Shown piece after piece: positions 25,705-39,102 of a stretch of DNA of 64,000 bases (positions within the stretch are counted from its first letter, which is position 1; every line of letters begins with the position of its first letter). The translations under genes and the position numbers were made by a program. The DNA is from Macrostomum lignano (Eukaryota): positions 62,001-126,000 of the forward strand of contig NIVC01002492.1 in assembly GCA_002269645.1 (NCBI GenBank), written 5' to 3'. A model generated the notes under the pieces. The model ran no database searches and was not told the origin of the DNA. It saw only the letters and a program-made list of their open reading frames with translations.

Positions 25705-26370
25705 GACGCGACACTCAAAATCTATGGAAAATGTTGTGAAGGCCACTTTTCGCCGAAAAATACACTACGGAGATAGGAAGTTTTCATTTTTCAGCACAAA
25801 AATTGTTATTGCTTTCGATAGGAGGCAGGCCCAATGTTAATATTTTGATATGTTGTGTCTTTCTTAGCTCTATTGATATTCAGAAAATAAGGATTCTACG
25901 CTCGTATATGTTAATTTCTTATTCTACGTACTGTCGCTAGCGTAGAATACGCATATGTCCTGTGCCTAAAAACATTAAAATGGCATGGCTCAGCTCATTG
26001 ATTTTATGAATCTATTTTGCCTTTCTTAGCTGACTGAATAACAATATGTGTGACAGAGATAATAAAATAGATTCACAAAACCAAATATTCGAGCTGTGCC
26101 ATGCATTTTTATGATTTTTAGGTACAGGAAATGTACGTAGAATTAAAAATTAACATAGAATCCTTATTTTCTGAACGAAAAGCTTTACGAGTATCAATAG
26201 AGCTATAAGAAAGGCACAACATGTCAAAAGATGAACATTGGGTCTGCCTCCTATCAAAAGAAATAACAATTTTTGTGCTTACAAATTAAAACTAATTCCT
26301 ATCTCCGTAGTGTATTTTTCGGGGAAAAGTTGCCTTCAAAACATTTTCCATAGATTTCGAGTGTTGCATC
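25705..26370. mobile_element. Near-fully palindromic MITE/foldback, about 665 bp
   Basis: gacgcgacactcaaaatctatggaaaatg...tacactacggagatagg pairs with cctatctccgtagtgta...cattttccatagatttcgagtgttgcatc, and pairing continues to a centre near 26040. Confidence 0.85.
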
Positions 26371-27105
26371 CTTCTACTTATGTAGTCCTTGGGTAGAACG
26401 CTGCACTCAAGGTAGCCGATCCCAGGTTCCCAATCCAGACTAAGGTCCTAGATCCGCAATTCAGAGTGAGATCCCAGATCCCAATTCAGCAGAACAGCAA
26501 ATCAACCTTGCCGAGAACTGCATCAATGTCTTACTTCTGGTGAGGGAGCTGCATGCTCATGAGAACTGTTACTTCGCCCTTTTTAACGTAGCAAAATGCG
26601 TCAGTAAAAGAAAAATTTACTTTCATTTATAACCGAGATTCATATTGGGGTTTAACTTCCATTCCTGTACAGTACAGTAAAACCATAAGCTTAATCGAGT
26701 CACCTGCGTTTTGTTGGTTAATATACTATAATCGACGGTGGACGCACTTTTTAAATTCATTTGACGCGTCTTAGTTTAAATTCAGCCAATTAGACCAATT
26801 ATTGTATACTCCTCTCCATACAGTCTTTTTTCAACTTGGGTCGTTCTGAACAAGGGAAGTAAGCCAATAAAATAGCTATGTCGAGCACCAACGTCTAGGC
26901 CTAGGAGCCGAGCACCAATAACGACTACGACGCTGTGACAGGTTTTGGTTCAATTTTAATATGATAAAATTCCATTTCCCCAGTGTTATTTGTACTGAGC
27001 AAAATAATCAAAATGTATTATAGATCTAATCGGATTGAGGTTTTCAGCAGCAGCCTTCAAAGAACACGATGACGTTCCTCATATGCGTGCGCATGCGGTT
27101 TTTGG

Positions 27106-29912
27106 TTAAGCGGGCTTATCCACGGCTGCGCCAACTGATGGTTCATCAATCAGTATTTGGTTAGCTCTTTGTCGCTTCAGATCAGACCGAATGAGGGCTG
27201 CAAAGAGATTTTTGGTCGCAGGTTTAAAGTCAGCAGAGTGCTAAGTGAAGGATGAGGCACTGTGCCGCAAGTGATACTTAATCGAAAATGCGTCTTTTAT
27301 GATTAAAAGGAGTGTAAAGTCAAAAGCGATTCAGAGAACTGACTACAAAATCATGGCCGACTGTAACAACGAAGAAATATCTCAACCGCAGTAAAACTGC
27401 GGCGCATACCTGTTAGGACGGTGCCCACCAGCAGCAGGCCACAGAAAATGAAGTTCGCAGCGAGAGTGCTCACAGCATCTATAACTGCTCGGACGAAGAT
27501 GGTGCAGGCTATGCCGAGAATCTGAAGGGAGGGCCGTATTGTTGAGGGAAGTTTTGTTTGAAAATATGCGATTGTGTATAGCAATTGTGTATAGCTGTAT
27601 AGCAAAGCAGGCATTATAAAACAGCAGCTAATTTCAGTATTTCAATATGTACGCCATAAATACAAGAGAATGTCTGCTCATATGAATTTTAGTCTGCTTT
27701 GCAAAAAGCCACCAATGACCTCCAGCTTTATGACGTCAGCTAGATGGTAGCCTGGGTGGGCAAAGTTGTCTGCATTTTTGCCTAAGCTTAAGCAGATAGC
27801 TAGTCATATTGGGGCAAGTGACTCGTACGATTGGGGGGGGGCGACGAATAATTGTGCCGGCAAGGACGTGTGAGCAGCTTTTGGGTGGGTCAGCAGTTGG
27901 AAAAACACCGATCATGGACGAATGCACCCTCACTTTCATTTTATGCACCAACCTGAGCAGAAGCATTTAGAATGCCGGAAGACAGGCCTTCGTTCTCCGG
28001 GTAGGTGATCTCGGCCGCATACTCGAACCCAACTGGCAGGTAGCCAGTCATGAAGAAGCCTAGCACGGCCATCGAGACAAACACGAGCCAGAGTTGAGCA
28101 TGTGGCAGTGTGGCCGTGAACAGGGCAGTGCCGATCAAGGACAACGCATAGCACGACAGAGTCGTGAGTCTGATGAGTATAAGAAATGATTTAAAAAATT
28201 GATTTACTCGTAGATCCCCATTCGCTACTAGCAAAATAACTTAATTAACCATTTGAAAGGTGAACGTGTCTTGTCTTGCGTTGTCGAGCATTCTCGTAAT
28301 TATTGTTATTTTATCTCAATTAATCCTGCTTTAAGTTTTTTGGTTCTACAAATGTTGAGGACTATTGAATTACAAAATTTGTATGAGTGAAAACAATGTG
28401 ACGCTTTTAAAGGTTATAATAAAGCGTGCTAAAGAGTATTCAAGCAAAAACCTTACTTAAATGCTCGCGTCCTGTCGAGAACAATTCCATAGACGACGGC
28501 CCCAAGGACGCCCGCAGCGATGAGCGTGAAGCCAGCCCACCCGACCTGCTGCTCTATAACGTCCACGGAAGTGGAATTTATTCCGATTTTCTGAAGAAAC
28601 ATCAAATAAAAATTATTCTCTTTGCTAAAAGTGGGGCAATCTATCTTGCAACGATCATTAGTTCAGCAGCTACCTTGAACTCTGGTACGACAATTGGATT
28701 GAGCAGCGTTGACAATGCGTAGTAAACCCCAGTATTGAGACCTTAAATAGAATAGGTTTAGTAGTGTAAGACCAAAGAAGGGCGTCAGCGGTGCAAAAAT
28801 GGCTTAGAAAAAAGTACTCTGAAATTAACAGAACAGTCTGCTCATAAAAAACTGACCGTAGGAGATTGTCAGCAAGACAAATGCCGGGCACGTCAGAAGC
28901 CGTCTCAAGGAGGCAGCGTACATTTTTCCAGTCGTCTTCGTCTCGCCTTCCTGGTTGTGGGCATTTCTGCGAACAGTCAACTGCCCAAGCGACGGTGGCA
29001 GCGGCGGTCTGTCGCAGAAGAAGAGCAGCACTAATAGAAACAGAGCTCCGGTGACGCAGGCGCCTCCGATGAACATCCATAACAGCTGCTGTTGCATACC
29101 GTCGGCCTTGTTGATGAACAGCGGCGGCAGCACAAAGCCAACGGCTACGCCGATCTGGGTGCCGAAAACTCCTAAGGCCGTAGCTGTTGAGAGCTCATTA
29201 ATGCCAAACCAAGCAGCTGCTAGCGGTGCAGGTATGCCCAAGATGAAGCTCTGCGCCGTTGCACTCACCTTCAGGAAGTCAATTACAAAAGAAAGTTCTT
29301 AAATTTGAAACTCTAAGACTTGTTGACGTCCTTTAGTCCTAAGGAATATTTTGCAGAATAATAATGCAGAATCCTTTCTTTCCTTTTGATTTAACTTTTT
29401 AATTTGTTTAAAATATTTACTATTTTATTTCTATAACGTATTTTATATCGTCAACCCCCTTGGACGGGTTCGGTTCGGGGCCTCTAGAAGTGTCATCATT
29501 CAAAGAAACTAACCGTCTGCCCAGCAAACAGCAGCCAGAATCTGTTTGAGTCTGTGGCGAAGCACTTCATCAGAGCGCCGATAAAGTTAAGCGACGTAGC
29601 GCAGATGCTGGTGACACGCAGGCCGTATCTATCGAGCACCCATGCGGCGGGCAGTATGAGCAGCGCATAGGCCAGCATGTAAACCATGGATAGCCAGTCA
29701 ATCGCTAGGTTGGCCTGTGATGGCTCACTGGGCAAGGAGGCATTGTAATTGGCCAAGATGACGTCAAACACAATATTGAGGTGGATCCACTGGTAGGCGT
29801 TGGAGAGGGAGTAAGCGCAGAACAGCAGCAACATCAGCCACCTGCGCCGGTACACGCGAGTCAGCTCATCCCCTTTTGTATGCACTTCCTCTGGTTCTAC
29901 TCGCTTATTCAT
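27106..29912 (-). CDS. FLVCR: FLVCR-family MFS transporter (choline/ethanolamine/heme exporter-like); exons 29912-29514, 29268-28857, 28741-28674, 28590-28457, 28169-27953, 27521-27410, 27197-27106; 477 aa
   Basis: GT-AG introns with consistent phases, total 1434 nt. Motifs [74 protein letters not shown] and LIRSDLKRQ are typical of FLVCR1/2. FLVCR1 versus FLVCR2 is not resolved. Confidence 0.93.
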
Positions 29913-32520
29913 GGCTGAAAGGCGGTCACAGTGCCATTTTACTTAGAAATGTAATATTCAGCTATTCTGTCAATGAGATCCTAAATTCCGAATTCTAATC
30001 GAAAGCTCTTATCGAAAAGAAAAAATCTTTCAATTCTACGCGGCTAATTGTTTTTTTTTCAATTTGTGAGGGTCTGCGGAGCGGAAGATTGAGGTAGTCG
30101 ACTCTGAATACCCTGCTATGACCATGCATCAGAAGAGGTCAGAGTTGAATATAATTGGCTGACTTTCATTTCGCCTCTTCTGGAGCACATGAAATTATAG
30201 CCAACTTCAGGAGGATCCATGCCAGCTGGCATCTTTACCGCGGCTAAAAACACCCGATGGCCAAATTGTCTCGACCTTGATAGTACTACTTGAAGGACAA
30301 GAAAAATAAAATGGCGCCAGTTTTTAGACGGGGGCTTTAAGTTTTAACAGGTCTTAGCCTAAAACTAATTGCGAGTAACGAGGTTGCTGGAGTTTGGGTC
30401 AATCTATCTCACTTTTAAGCATCCAATGATCGGCCCTGCTTATTGCTGTCCGCTTACGTTCATTGTGGCGGCGTCATCTTTAGTGAGCATAAATAGCGTA
30501 GACTTTTGAAGATGACGCATGAATGCGGTCACAGACTCGACTAAAGATGAATATAATATATGCTAAGCTATTTATAATCTGACCACTCTAGAGGTCCTAC
30601 ACTGTAAGAGGCATTGAATTTTTGTCATATGTTTGTTCGTAATTAATCCCTCAATATTGATGCATGCTCACTAGACAGCAGTGTGGTGACTGGTGCTACC
30701 CTACCTAATGCAACAATACCGCTAGACTTAATAGGACACCAAAATTCTAGTCTATTAGTCCATAACTGGACGTTAGACTAAACTAGTCGATAGAAAACTC
30801 CGTATCAAGTACTACTAATTAATTAAAGATCTCGGCTCCATCTGCACGACAATCCGACCCGGTAACCCATATTTTAATAGCCCACCGATATGTACATAGC
30901 TCGCTTCTTATCGTGCATTCAATGAATGTATTCGAATTGCATACCATCTTAAACTGCATCCTGTAACACCCATTCAATATGTGATAATATACGAGTACCT
31001 TGACAGTGTTAGCCATCACTAGAAACCTTCGTCGAACCGTGTTCGTCCTTGCCTTGAAGCACAGAGAAATTTTAAAACATTTTAAGCCAGAGATTTTTCA
31101 TGTTTTATGACGTAGTGCTCTTAGTTCTCTTTGTAAACGACTGACATGCACATACAGTAGTACCCTTTGAATTTGAAATAATCAATTATCAGCAAACCAT
31201 TGCTGAAGAATTCATTAGAACTTTAAATTCCAATTTTCGAAGGTAAAAATATGGAAGACCAGTCGAAAATATACAAATACCTGCAAAAATGCACCCAACC
31301 ACCAGGGCTAATGAATCCGACAAGCCTAGCTGCTTTGCTTGGATTGGATTGGTTAAATTAGGTGGTGCTCTTCGGTGGCTGCTCTCCTTAGCGTAGTTTG
31401 CTGAGATGATGAACGAAAATCAATAAATATCATTATAAGTAGCTAAATTTATTGTGTCTACAGCTAACAAAAACACCGTTCTTCAAAGTTCCAGCTTGAT
31501 AAAGCGCTTGTTTCAAACCAGCAAAAACTGAGCGATTTCTGCGCAAACGCTTATCATAGATGTATGCGGCCTCCGAAATGGATGGCGACATGCCATATTC
31601 GTTTTGTGAACCATTCAAGTAAATTTATTGATTTTTGGTTCATCAAAACCTATCCTCCTTGATATAGCTCGTACAACCCTTGTTTGTATAGGCCAAAGAA
31701 GTAAGCACCATCTTCTAGTTCACGTTAAAATATCATTTACCAAAGGTTTGTAGCTGGTAAAAACGAAAGATGCAATTTTATGCTTTCCAATGACTCCGAA
31801 CTTGTTGAATTTCACACATGCACTAAAATCTATAGGCAAAAGTATGACTACTTATGGGGATGGGGCACCCTTGGTAGCTACAAATAAAATTTCCGTTTCG
31901 AGAAATTCCAACAACAGAACCTAATTATGCTTCATATAATACAGTAACGGCTACAATAATTCTACTTTCAATTTAAGTAAAACTTATTATACTTCAAAAC
32001 CTATGCCTAACTCATTGTGTTTAGTGGCGAAAAACAAACTGAAAAATAATACTGTGTGAACACTGTACAGCTATACGCTCTAAAGATCACTCTTACGCAT
32101 CAGCATTTCCTACCGTAACTCCGGCATTTTGATAGCTCGCAGCTACTCTACACTCTTCAGTTTAGTACTGTGCATAGACAATTGATTCTTCTACGAGTAC
32201 TAATTATTACCAGGATCTATGAAATTTTATGTACTAAGGCTAATTATTACATAATTAATTCTAAATGTCTCATGTAAATCGTGCAGTGTACACGTACATG
32301 TACAGATACGCTCGTACATTGATGGTTATTAAATCAATTCTCTTAAGCCAATCGCTACAAATTTGCGACAAAAACTAGTGTATGCTTTATACACTGCTCA
32401 AGTAGGACTGGACTACTTAAGTAGGACGAGAAACTACGTTTTTGTAAAATTTTAGAAGGCAGATTTTACCAACATTTTTACCAATTTACCGATTTTACTA
32501 AAAGTACGGAGATTTTAATT

Positions 32521-32955
32521 CTTTCAGCATAAAAATTGTTATTGCTTTTAATAGAAAGCAGTCACAATGTTTATCTTTTGGTATAACTTGCCTTTCTTAT
32601 AGGTCTATTGATATTCAAAAGCTTTTTGTTTATGAAATAAGGATTATAAGGTAAAGTAATTTTAGATCCCACGTACATGTCCTACTCGTATGCCTATAAA
32701 GCATAAAAATGGCACAACTCGATTCATATGGCTTTATGAATCTTTTTTTATTTTGTTACACAGTCGGCTAAGAATTATGAAATAGATTCATAAAGCCAGA
32801 GTCAAACTGTTCCCTTTTATGATTTTTAGGCAACAGTACATTACATGTATGAATACAAAATTAACGTAGAATCCTAATTTTATAACGCAAGACATCAAAA
32901 AGTGAACATTGAGTCTACCTCCTATCAAAGCAATAACAAATTTTGTGTTGAAAAG
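32521..32955. mobile_element. Shorter palindromic member of the 25705-26370 MITE family
   Basis: Shares aaaaattgttattgcttt, ctattgatattca, tagattca and ctacctcctatcaaagcaataacaa, and is self-complementary about a centre near 32770. Confidence 0.75.
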
Positions 32956-33991
32956 GAAAATCTGCCATCCCCGTAATGTCTTCAGTAACATCTACCTCCT
33001 GAAATTTTCCTAAATATGTAGTTTTCCGTCTTTAAGTAGTTCTTGATAATACTCGTAGTAAATTCTTTCTGAAACATTTGGTATCAAGATTAAACCGCAG
33101 CTCAATCAATGAAAGCGATTGACGCCAATGAAGATCTGCAAGCCCGTAGACTCCATACAGTATGTAATTTGGAACAATTTGGAACGCGGCAATGCATAAC
33201 TACTGCAATAATTATTATCTTATCTAATATCAGCTTATCTATGAAATTAACAGCCAAATTAATCACGGACTTGACTATCTACAATTCTGGGAACGGCGAT
33301 AATTGAATCAACATTGAATTAATCAGTAGGGCTTGGACAAGCTTGGATGCGAAGACGGTCTTTTGCTGCGTTGCAGACTTTTGCACTTTGCAGAACGCTG
33401 GTCAATCCGATTCTGATTATTAGCGCAACGAAGATCTTAGCATTAATCGCTGCAGCAATTAAATATAGAAATCAGACAATTCGTTCTCTAAATCAATGCT
33501 TAAAATGTGATTAATTCTGTTAATCTTAAAAAAAGAATCACCAGTTGGCTGACAGACAGCGTAAGGTAGTATTAGAAAATTTATTTTTACAATGAAAGGA
33601 GATTCTTTCTTTGAGGCGCAAAGTCAATGCAGCAGAAGAAACAATGAATTAGACAAACAAACAGCTTCGCGTTCCGCTATTTTACTACGACGTACTTCAA
33701 GGATTAAACTTTTGGCACATAAAGCATTTCTGAAACGGAAGGGCTTCAAAGATAACCTGGAATTTTCCATATTTGCCAGAGCCAAGGACAAAGCTAATGC
33801 AAACGAAGTTATAAATATGTACAATAATAGCAGCAAAATATGCTTAAGCACAGAAAAACGAAATTATCTTCAGTATAAATATGCAGAAGGGCACAAGTGT
33901 AACAAGTGCTTTCATTGCAAAGGAATGCAGATTCTGTGGGCTTAGAATTTTATGCATTGTTTTTGACTACTTAGATGATTATTAGAGGCCG

Positions 33992-36900
33992 CTACCGCAC
34001 ACCACTGGAATCTACACTGGATAAAGGAGAGCAGAACTTATCCTGCAGACGACTGAGAAGGCGCAAAGTCGAATCTGAGCAGCGAGCTGCGGCGAGCCCG
34101 TCGGCGAGCTGCCTGACGGTGGGTGGAGCCGGCAACAGCCGCAGCGAATCCATGGCGGCGTCGGCCTCGAGCCGGCCGTCCTTCCGGGCCGCCAGCGCTG
34201 CATCGTTCACGGCCTGCTCAGGGGCACCAAGGGCGCTTAGGAGCTCCGGCCACGTGTTGCGCAACGGCCCTGACCGGAAAATTGCCTGCAGAAGCTGAAT
34301 CGGCGCAGGCTTCCCGGTGAAACGGCGCTGTTGCGGCTGCTGCGCCTGTGCCCTATCAACGGGAGGAGCATCCACATCGAAGACCTTGCCCTGCACTAAG
34401 CCAACACGCAAGGCGGTGCCGAGTTGGTGCCGGAACTCGCTTGGCATGGCCGACGCCATACCGAAGTCACCGGGGTGTAGGCTGCTGCGAATGGTACCCG
34501 TAGTCCTAGTGTTTGCATCGCCGTTGGTTGCCGCACAGCCACTGGCGATGTCTGCTTCAGCAGCTGGAGCTGCCGCACCCGCACTGTCACTCTCATCAGA
34601 CTGCAACAGGGCGTACGCCAAGTCCTTCTCGCGACTGACGCCCTCACTCTGGGAAAGACCGAGCTCTTCGAGCTGCTGACACAGACTGCTAAAGGGTGGG
34701 CGGAGGTTGGGCTCGCTTGCCAGACAGGACTGCATGATGTTAGTGACAGCAGAGTGCAGGCGCTCGAATTCCTCGGCAGGCTGGCGAAGGCGCTGCGGGT
34801 AGGCGTTGAAGCAGTCTCGATCCAGGGCTTCGGTCAACGATTTCACGTGACGACCTTCGATCAGCATGTCTCGAAACTCGGCCACACTGTCACCGATGCG
34901 GTGCCTTAGCGAACTGCAGGTGAGGGCCTCAAATAAGCAGATGCCGAACAGGTATCGGTCAATAAATTCGTCGGGACGGCGGAGGGGGTCGAGCAGCAGT
35001 TCTGGGGGGCGGCGCTCGATGCCAACCAGGTTTTCAAAGTGCAGCGTGTCTTGGCCAAGTGAGTCCTGCAAACTGCGGGACAGGCCGAAGTCTCCCAACT
35101 GTAAGGCAGTGGGGGGGCATGATGTTTAAAGTGAGAAACCGAAATATTCAGCACAGGGACACTAGTGGTAAGATTTAACACAAGAAAGTTATTCTAATTT
35201 ATTTCAAGGCTCGATTTTGTTTAAAACGCATTATTAAAAAGAAATAAATTCTATTTGTTAGAAATAAATTGGTACTTAGCAGTATCTCACCTTCTGTACC
35301 TTCAATTCGCATTTAACGCTAGTCTGTACAAGCAGCTCTGTAACAATCTAACAATCCAGAAAAAGGCATCTATCTATATTGTTCACTTTTTTCTATGAAC
35401 AAAATCATAACACAGACGAAACATCTGCGTCAGCGATAGACAGTTTTCTACTCCGGCAACAAGCATTGTACCATGATTTTTTTGCCTGGCGGGTACTCAA
35501 TCAATTTCTTTAATACCATAGACTACATTCAAGCCCGCATAAATCGAACAAGTCTATCAAAACTTTCATATAATGCCCGCAAAATTGTTGTTTCAATCTC
35601 TCTGATACTGTACTGCAACTTGTTTCTAAACTGCAGTGCTGCATGAAAAGCTTCGTTTCATTAAATGAAATAAATGTGTATGGTCGAAATGTGAGGCTTC
35701 GCCATCACACCCCCAGCGACCCACACTCCCCCCCACTCTTTAATTCTTTCTTTCACTGCAGCGCTTTGCTGGGGCAAAAATGCCTATGGTACAATACCAG
35801 TGATACCCATGCTTTTCGGGCGTAAATTTGCTTTGCGGTGCCCTTAAATTCTCCATTCAAGCCCTTAGCCTTAGGGCATGGGTATTAATATACAACAGCT
35901 TTTTGTAGTCAGTTTGAGCTTAGGGATCAGCTGACCTAATCCAGAGTGGCAGAGCGCTACACTCAAGACAACTGCTGCCCCTAACCTATGGCTAAAAATG
36001 TAACTGGTGAGCAAAGACCTTATCTTTGGAGCATTCAACTTAGTCCTCTTATTGCTGCTAAAGGATTATCATAGCTCTCTCTAACCTACAAATCAGCAAC
36101 AAAATGAGCTGGGAAGCACGTTTGAAGCCCGTTTTTAAACCCAGTCGAAGAGGCACACGCATGCCCGAAGGCAGTAATCAAGCGCACGCTGGCACTGCCC
36201 GGGTCGCAGCGGGAACTGGACAGCCCACCCCCACTGATGCCGCTGTACCAATGGCGCATTTTAATCATGCAGAGGATCGCCGAAAGTAGAGGTTAGGGCT
36301 GCGAAGTGCGTGGACGGGCGGCGGCCGTAAGTCATTGTGCCATCTTCCAGCCTGCATTGCCGGCCAGCCAATTTTGTGATAAGTTGCTGAGTCTGACGAA
36401 CATTAAAACTACACCTTTTCACGTTCAATTTTGATCAAAGTCCAGTGGAAATTCAATTCAGACAATTCAGACTGGAGCAACGCTTACGGAAAATCAATAA
36501 AAACAAACCCCAGTTCAAAACATTCTGCCACCGCAGCAAGGTTTAGCTATAGACAAAACTGTCCCCAGTTGGGCGAGCAACATCTCGGATGGACATCCCA
36601 GCGTCCAGCATACCAATGGCGCGCGCTCGTTCCAGGTCGGTCATTTGGCGAATCATTCCGCTCGGTTGCGAAAGTTGATTTTAGACCCATGTAAGCTGCT
36701 GCTTTCTGCTCCATGTGACTGTTTCCTTCGACCTGTCTGGCGTCTATGACCCAAGTTTTTGTCTATGGCCCAAGTGCGTGTTGACGAAATCATCAATCGT
36801 CTATGGCACAAGTCTGGCGACAAAAACGAGTTTTGAAACTCTAAATATACACGGCTGGCGCGAGGGTGGAAACTTTTCAATGTTTCTGAGTGTACATAGA

Positions 36901-38472
36901 ATATCAACGAAGCTTGGCGCGATTTAAGCACTTGTACGAGTATATTGTAACACGATATAAATGTGTAAAAGCGTGCATTTAACGCTAAAAGCATTTAATG
37001 CACGCTAAAAGCGTGCTTAAATGGCTCGTGATCGCGTATTGGCTGGAGTCATTTAGTGCACGAGAAATATATATCGTGTTACAATACTACTCAATACTTG
37101 GTTTTTCTTGCTTAAATATCTATGGCACTCAAATCCAAGTATTGAATCCTATATTAATCACAAATATATATTTAGCGCAAAACACTTGAGTCTATGGTTG
37201 AATAATGAGTGTGCGTAGCGCACGAGTGTCTATGGCCATTATTCAACGAAGTTGCATACTATACAATCTACCATTGCTTTACGATAATAAGAATGCAATT
37301 AAGATCCTAAAAGAGGAAATGGACTAAGTTGAATGCTCAAGATTGTCTTTGCTTACCAGTCACACTTTTGGGCCATAGACTAGGGGCAGCAGTTGTCTTG
37401 AGTGTAGCGCTCCGTCACTCTGGATTAAGTCAACTGCTCCTAAGCTCAAACCGACTGCAAAAAGCTACGAGCGTCGTATATTATAAGACGACATGCAACT
37501 TTAACTGTTTTAAAGATATGGACTGCCAATTGATTGCAAGAAAATGGAACACGTATTTTAAAGCAAAATCGGGTCATAAATCAATTCTGATTGATTTAAG
37601 TGTCTTCTTGCTACTCGCGGTCTTTTATTTAGGAATTTAGGAAGTAATAATCATTTAACTCACCTTGGCCCGCAAATTCATGTCGACGAAGACATTGTCC
37701 ACTGCCACATCTCTGTGCATCAGGACTGGCTGCCGATTCTCTTGAAGGAAGCGCAGGCCTTCGGCCACCTGGTGCAGCAGGTGCACCGCCAACCAGGGAA
37801 AGTTTTGGCAGTCCAACCGCTGCGGAGACAGGAATTCAAACTACCAGGTATGATAGCAACAAAACTTAACTACCGGTATAGCAAGTAACAGCCAGATTAG
37901 TGAATTAGGAAAACTCACAAAGCTCTTCATAGTGTTGAACACCGTCCGCAGATTGCCGAACTTGAAGTACTCCATCACGTATCCAACAACCTGTCCGTCA
38001 TCGTCAGTGCAGCTGGAGTAAATTCTGACAAATGCTTCACACTCAGTGCTGACCTGATGAAGCAAAATTATCTCTTTAAGCAGCCTATTCCGGATCCTGC
38101 GTGTTAGTGACGGTTCCTGGAAAGTTATTAGACTTCCATAAGCCAGTAAGGCAGAATAATGCGAGCTCACCATTCTGGTCGCACACTGGAATTGGCAAGA
38201 TTCAGTTTCTTCAGCGCACAATGGCGGCCATTTAAGACGCACTTGTGCACTGAGCCGAAGGAGCCCCGACCTTTAGGAGTGGCAAGAATGAAAAATTCTA
38301 AATTGTGCTTACAAAAACAACCCTTCTCTCATCTCTTGCTGTGGCTATACGAACTACCTATGCTATAATCCGGACAGTAATTACAAATAAGAAACTAACC
38401 AATTTGCTTAACAACACGAAGTTCAGCCAGCCTGCATTGCCGCAGTTCAGCAAAAGGCTGCGAGGTTGCCAT
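33992..38472 (-). CDS. Tyrosine-kinase-like (TKL) protein kinase with a putative C-terminal death domain; exons 38472-38400, 38270-38171, 38096-37919, 37819-37664, 35098-33992; 537 aa
   Basis: Phase-consistent GT-AG model (1614 nt) with IGRGSFGSV, ALKKL, LLKEI, VMEY, HRDVAVDN, LGDFG, RPPE, IDRYLFGICLFE and LRPPF. Extra upstream exons are possible because a phase-1 acceptor lies 8 nt before the ATG. Confidence 0.85.
35897..37466. mobile_element. Non-autonomous TIR element in the last kinase intron (arms about 35897-36048 and 37321-37466)
   Basis: agagtggcagagcgctacactcaagacaactgctgcccctaacctatggc has a near-complement at about 37372-37420. The arms are about 150 bp and imperfect. Confidence 0.7.
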
Positions 38473-39102
38473 AGTTTCACCTGCCACAACGGACGGCCAG
38501 GAAAAGGTCTTCAAGACTGGAATACCAAGAGGTCAGTGTTATGCTGAGATTCTGTCCTGAGATTAGAACAGTGATAAAATTATTGCTATCCAGCTAGCCA
38601 AAAAGTTATGTAGATTGTAGGGCCAAATAGCGCTAAACTCCAGCAAAGCAATGAATTTTGGATTTTGAATTGAAAGGAGCTGAATAAATAGACTAACTAC
38701 TGAACTAGCTATGGAATTCCAAGGAAGAGTATCGTAGCGGGCTAAGTACACAAGAGTAGAAACGTACTCTGGGTGAATTCCTATTCCTGTGCCAGACTTT
38801 ACTGTACAAACTGATTCAAAAGACTTAGCAGTATAAAAATGATTTGAAATTTAACGTGGAAATTCTATGGTATTTCTCTAAATTAACCTATTAGACTATT
38901 GTATTAGAATTAAGGAGCTGTATGCACCCTGGTACACTCAAGTGATACTGCCACACCACCAGCGAGAGTCACCAATGCCCATTCTTCGCTGACTCATCTG
39001 AGCAGGCAAAAAGCATGCATATGCATATGCAGTCATACACTAAGAGGCCCTAAATTCTATTTACTGTTAGGCATAAAAACTTCACTGTGCCTTTGGTATT
39101 AA

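Noticed and set aside
26385-26450. tRNA-like SINE head (ttgggtagaacgctgcactcaagg...ggttcccaatcc)
   Set aside because: The boxes are too degenerate and no body or tail could be defined.
38116-38242. Kinase exon model using the acceptor at 38116 or ORF 37841..38242 as given
   Set aside because: It is out of frame with the GRGSFG exon. The ctaacacgcag acceptor (exon start 38096) restores the frame and has a branch-point motif.
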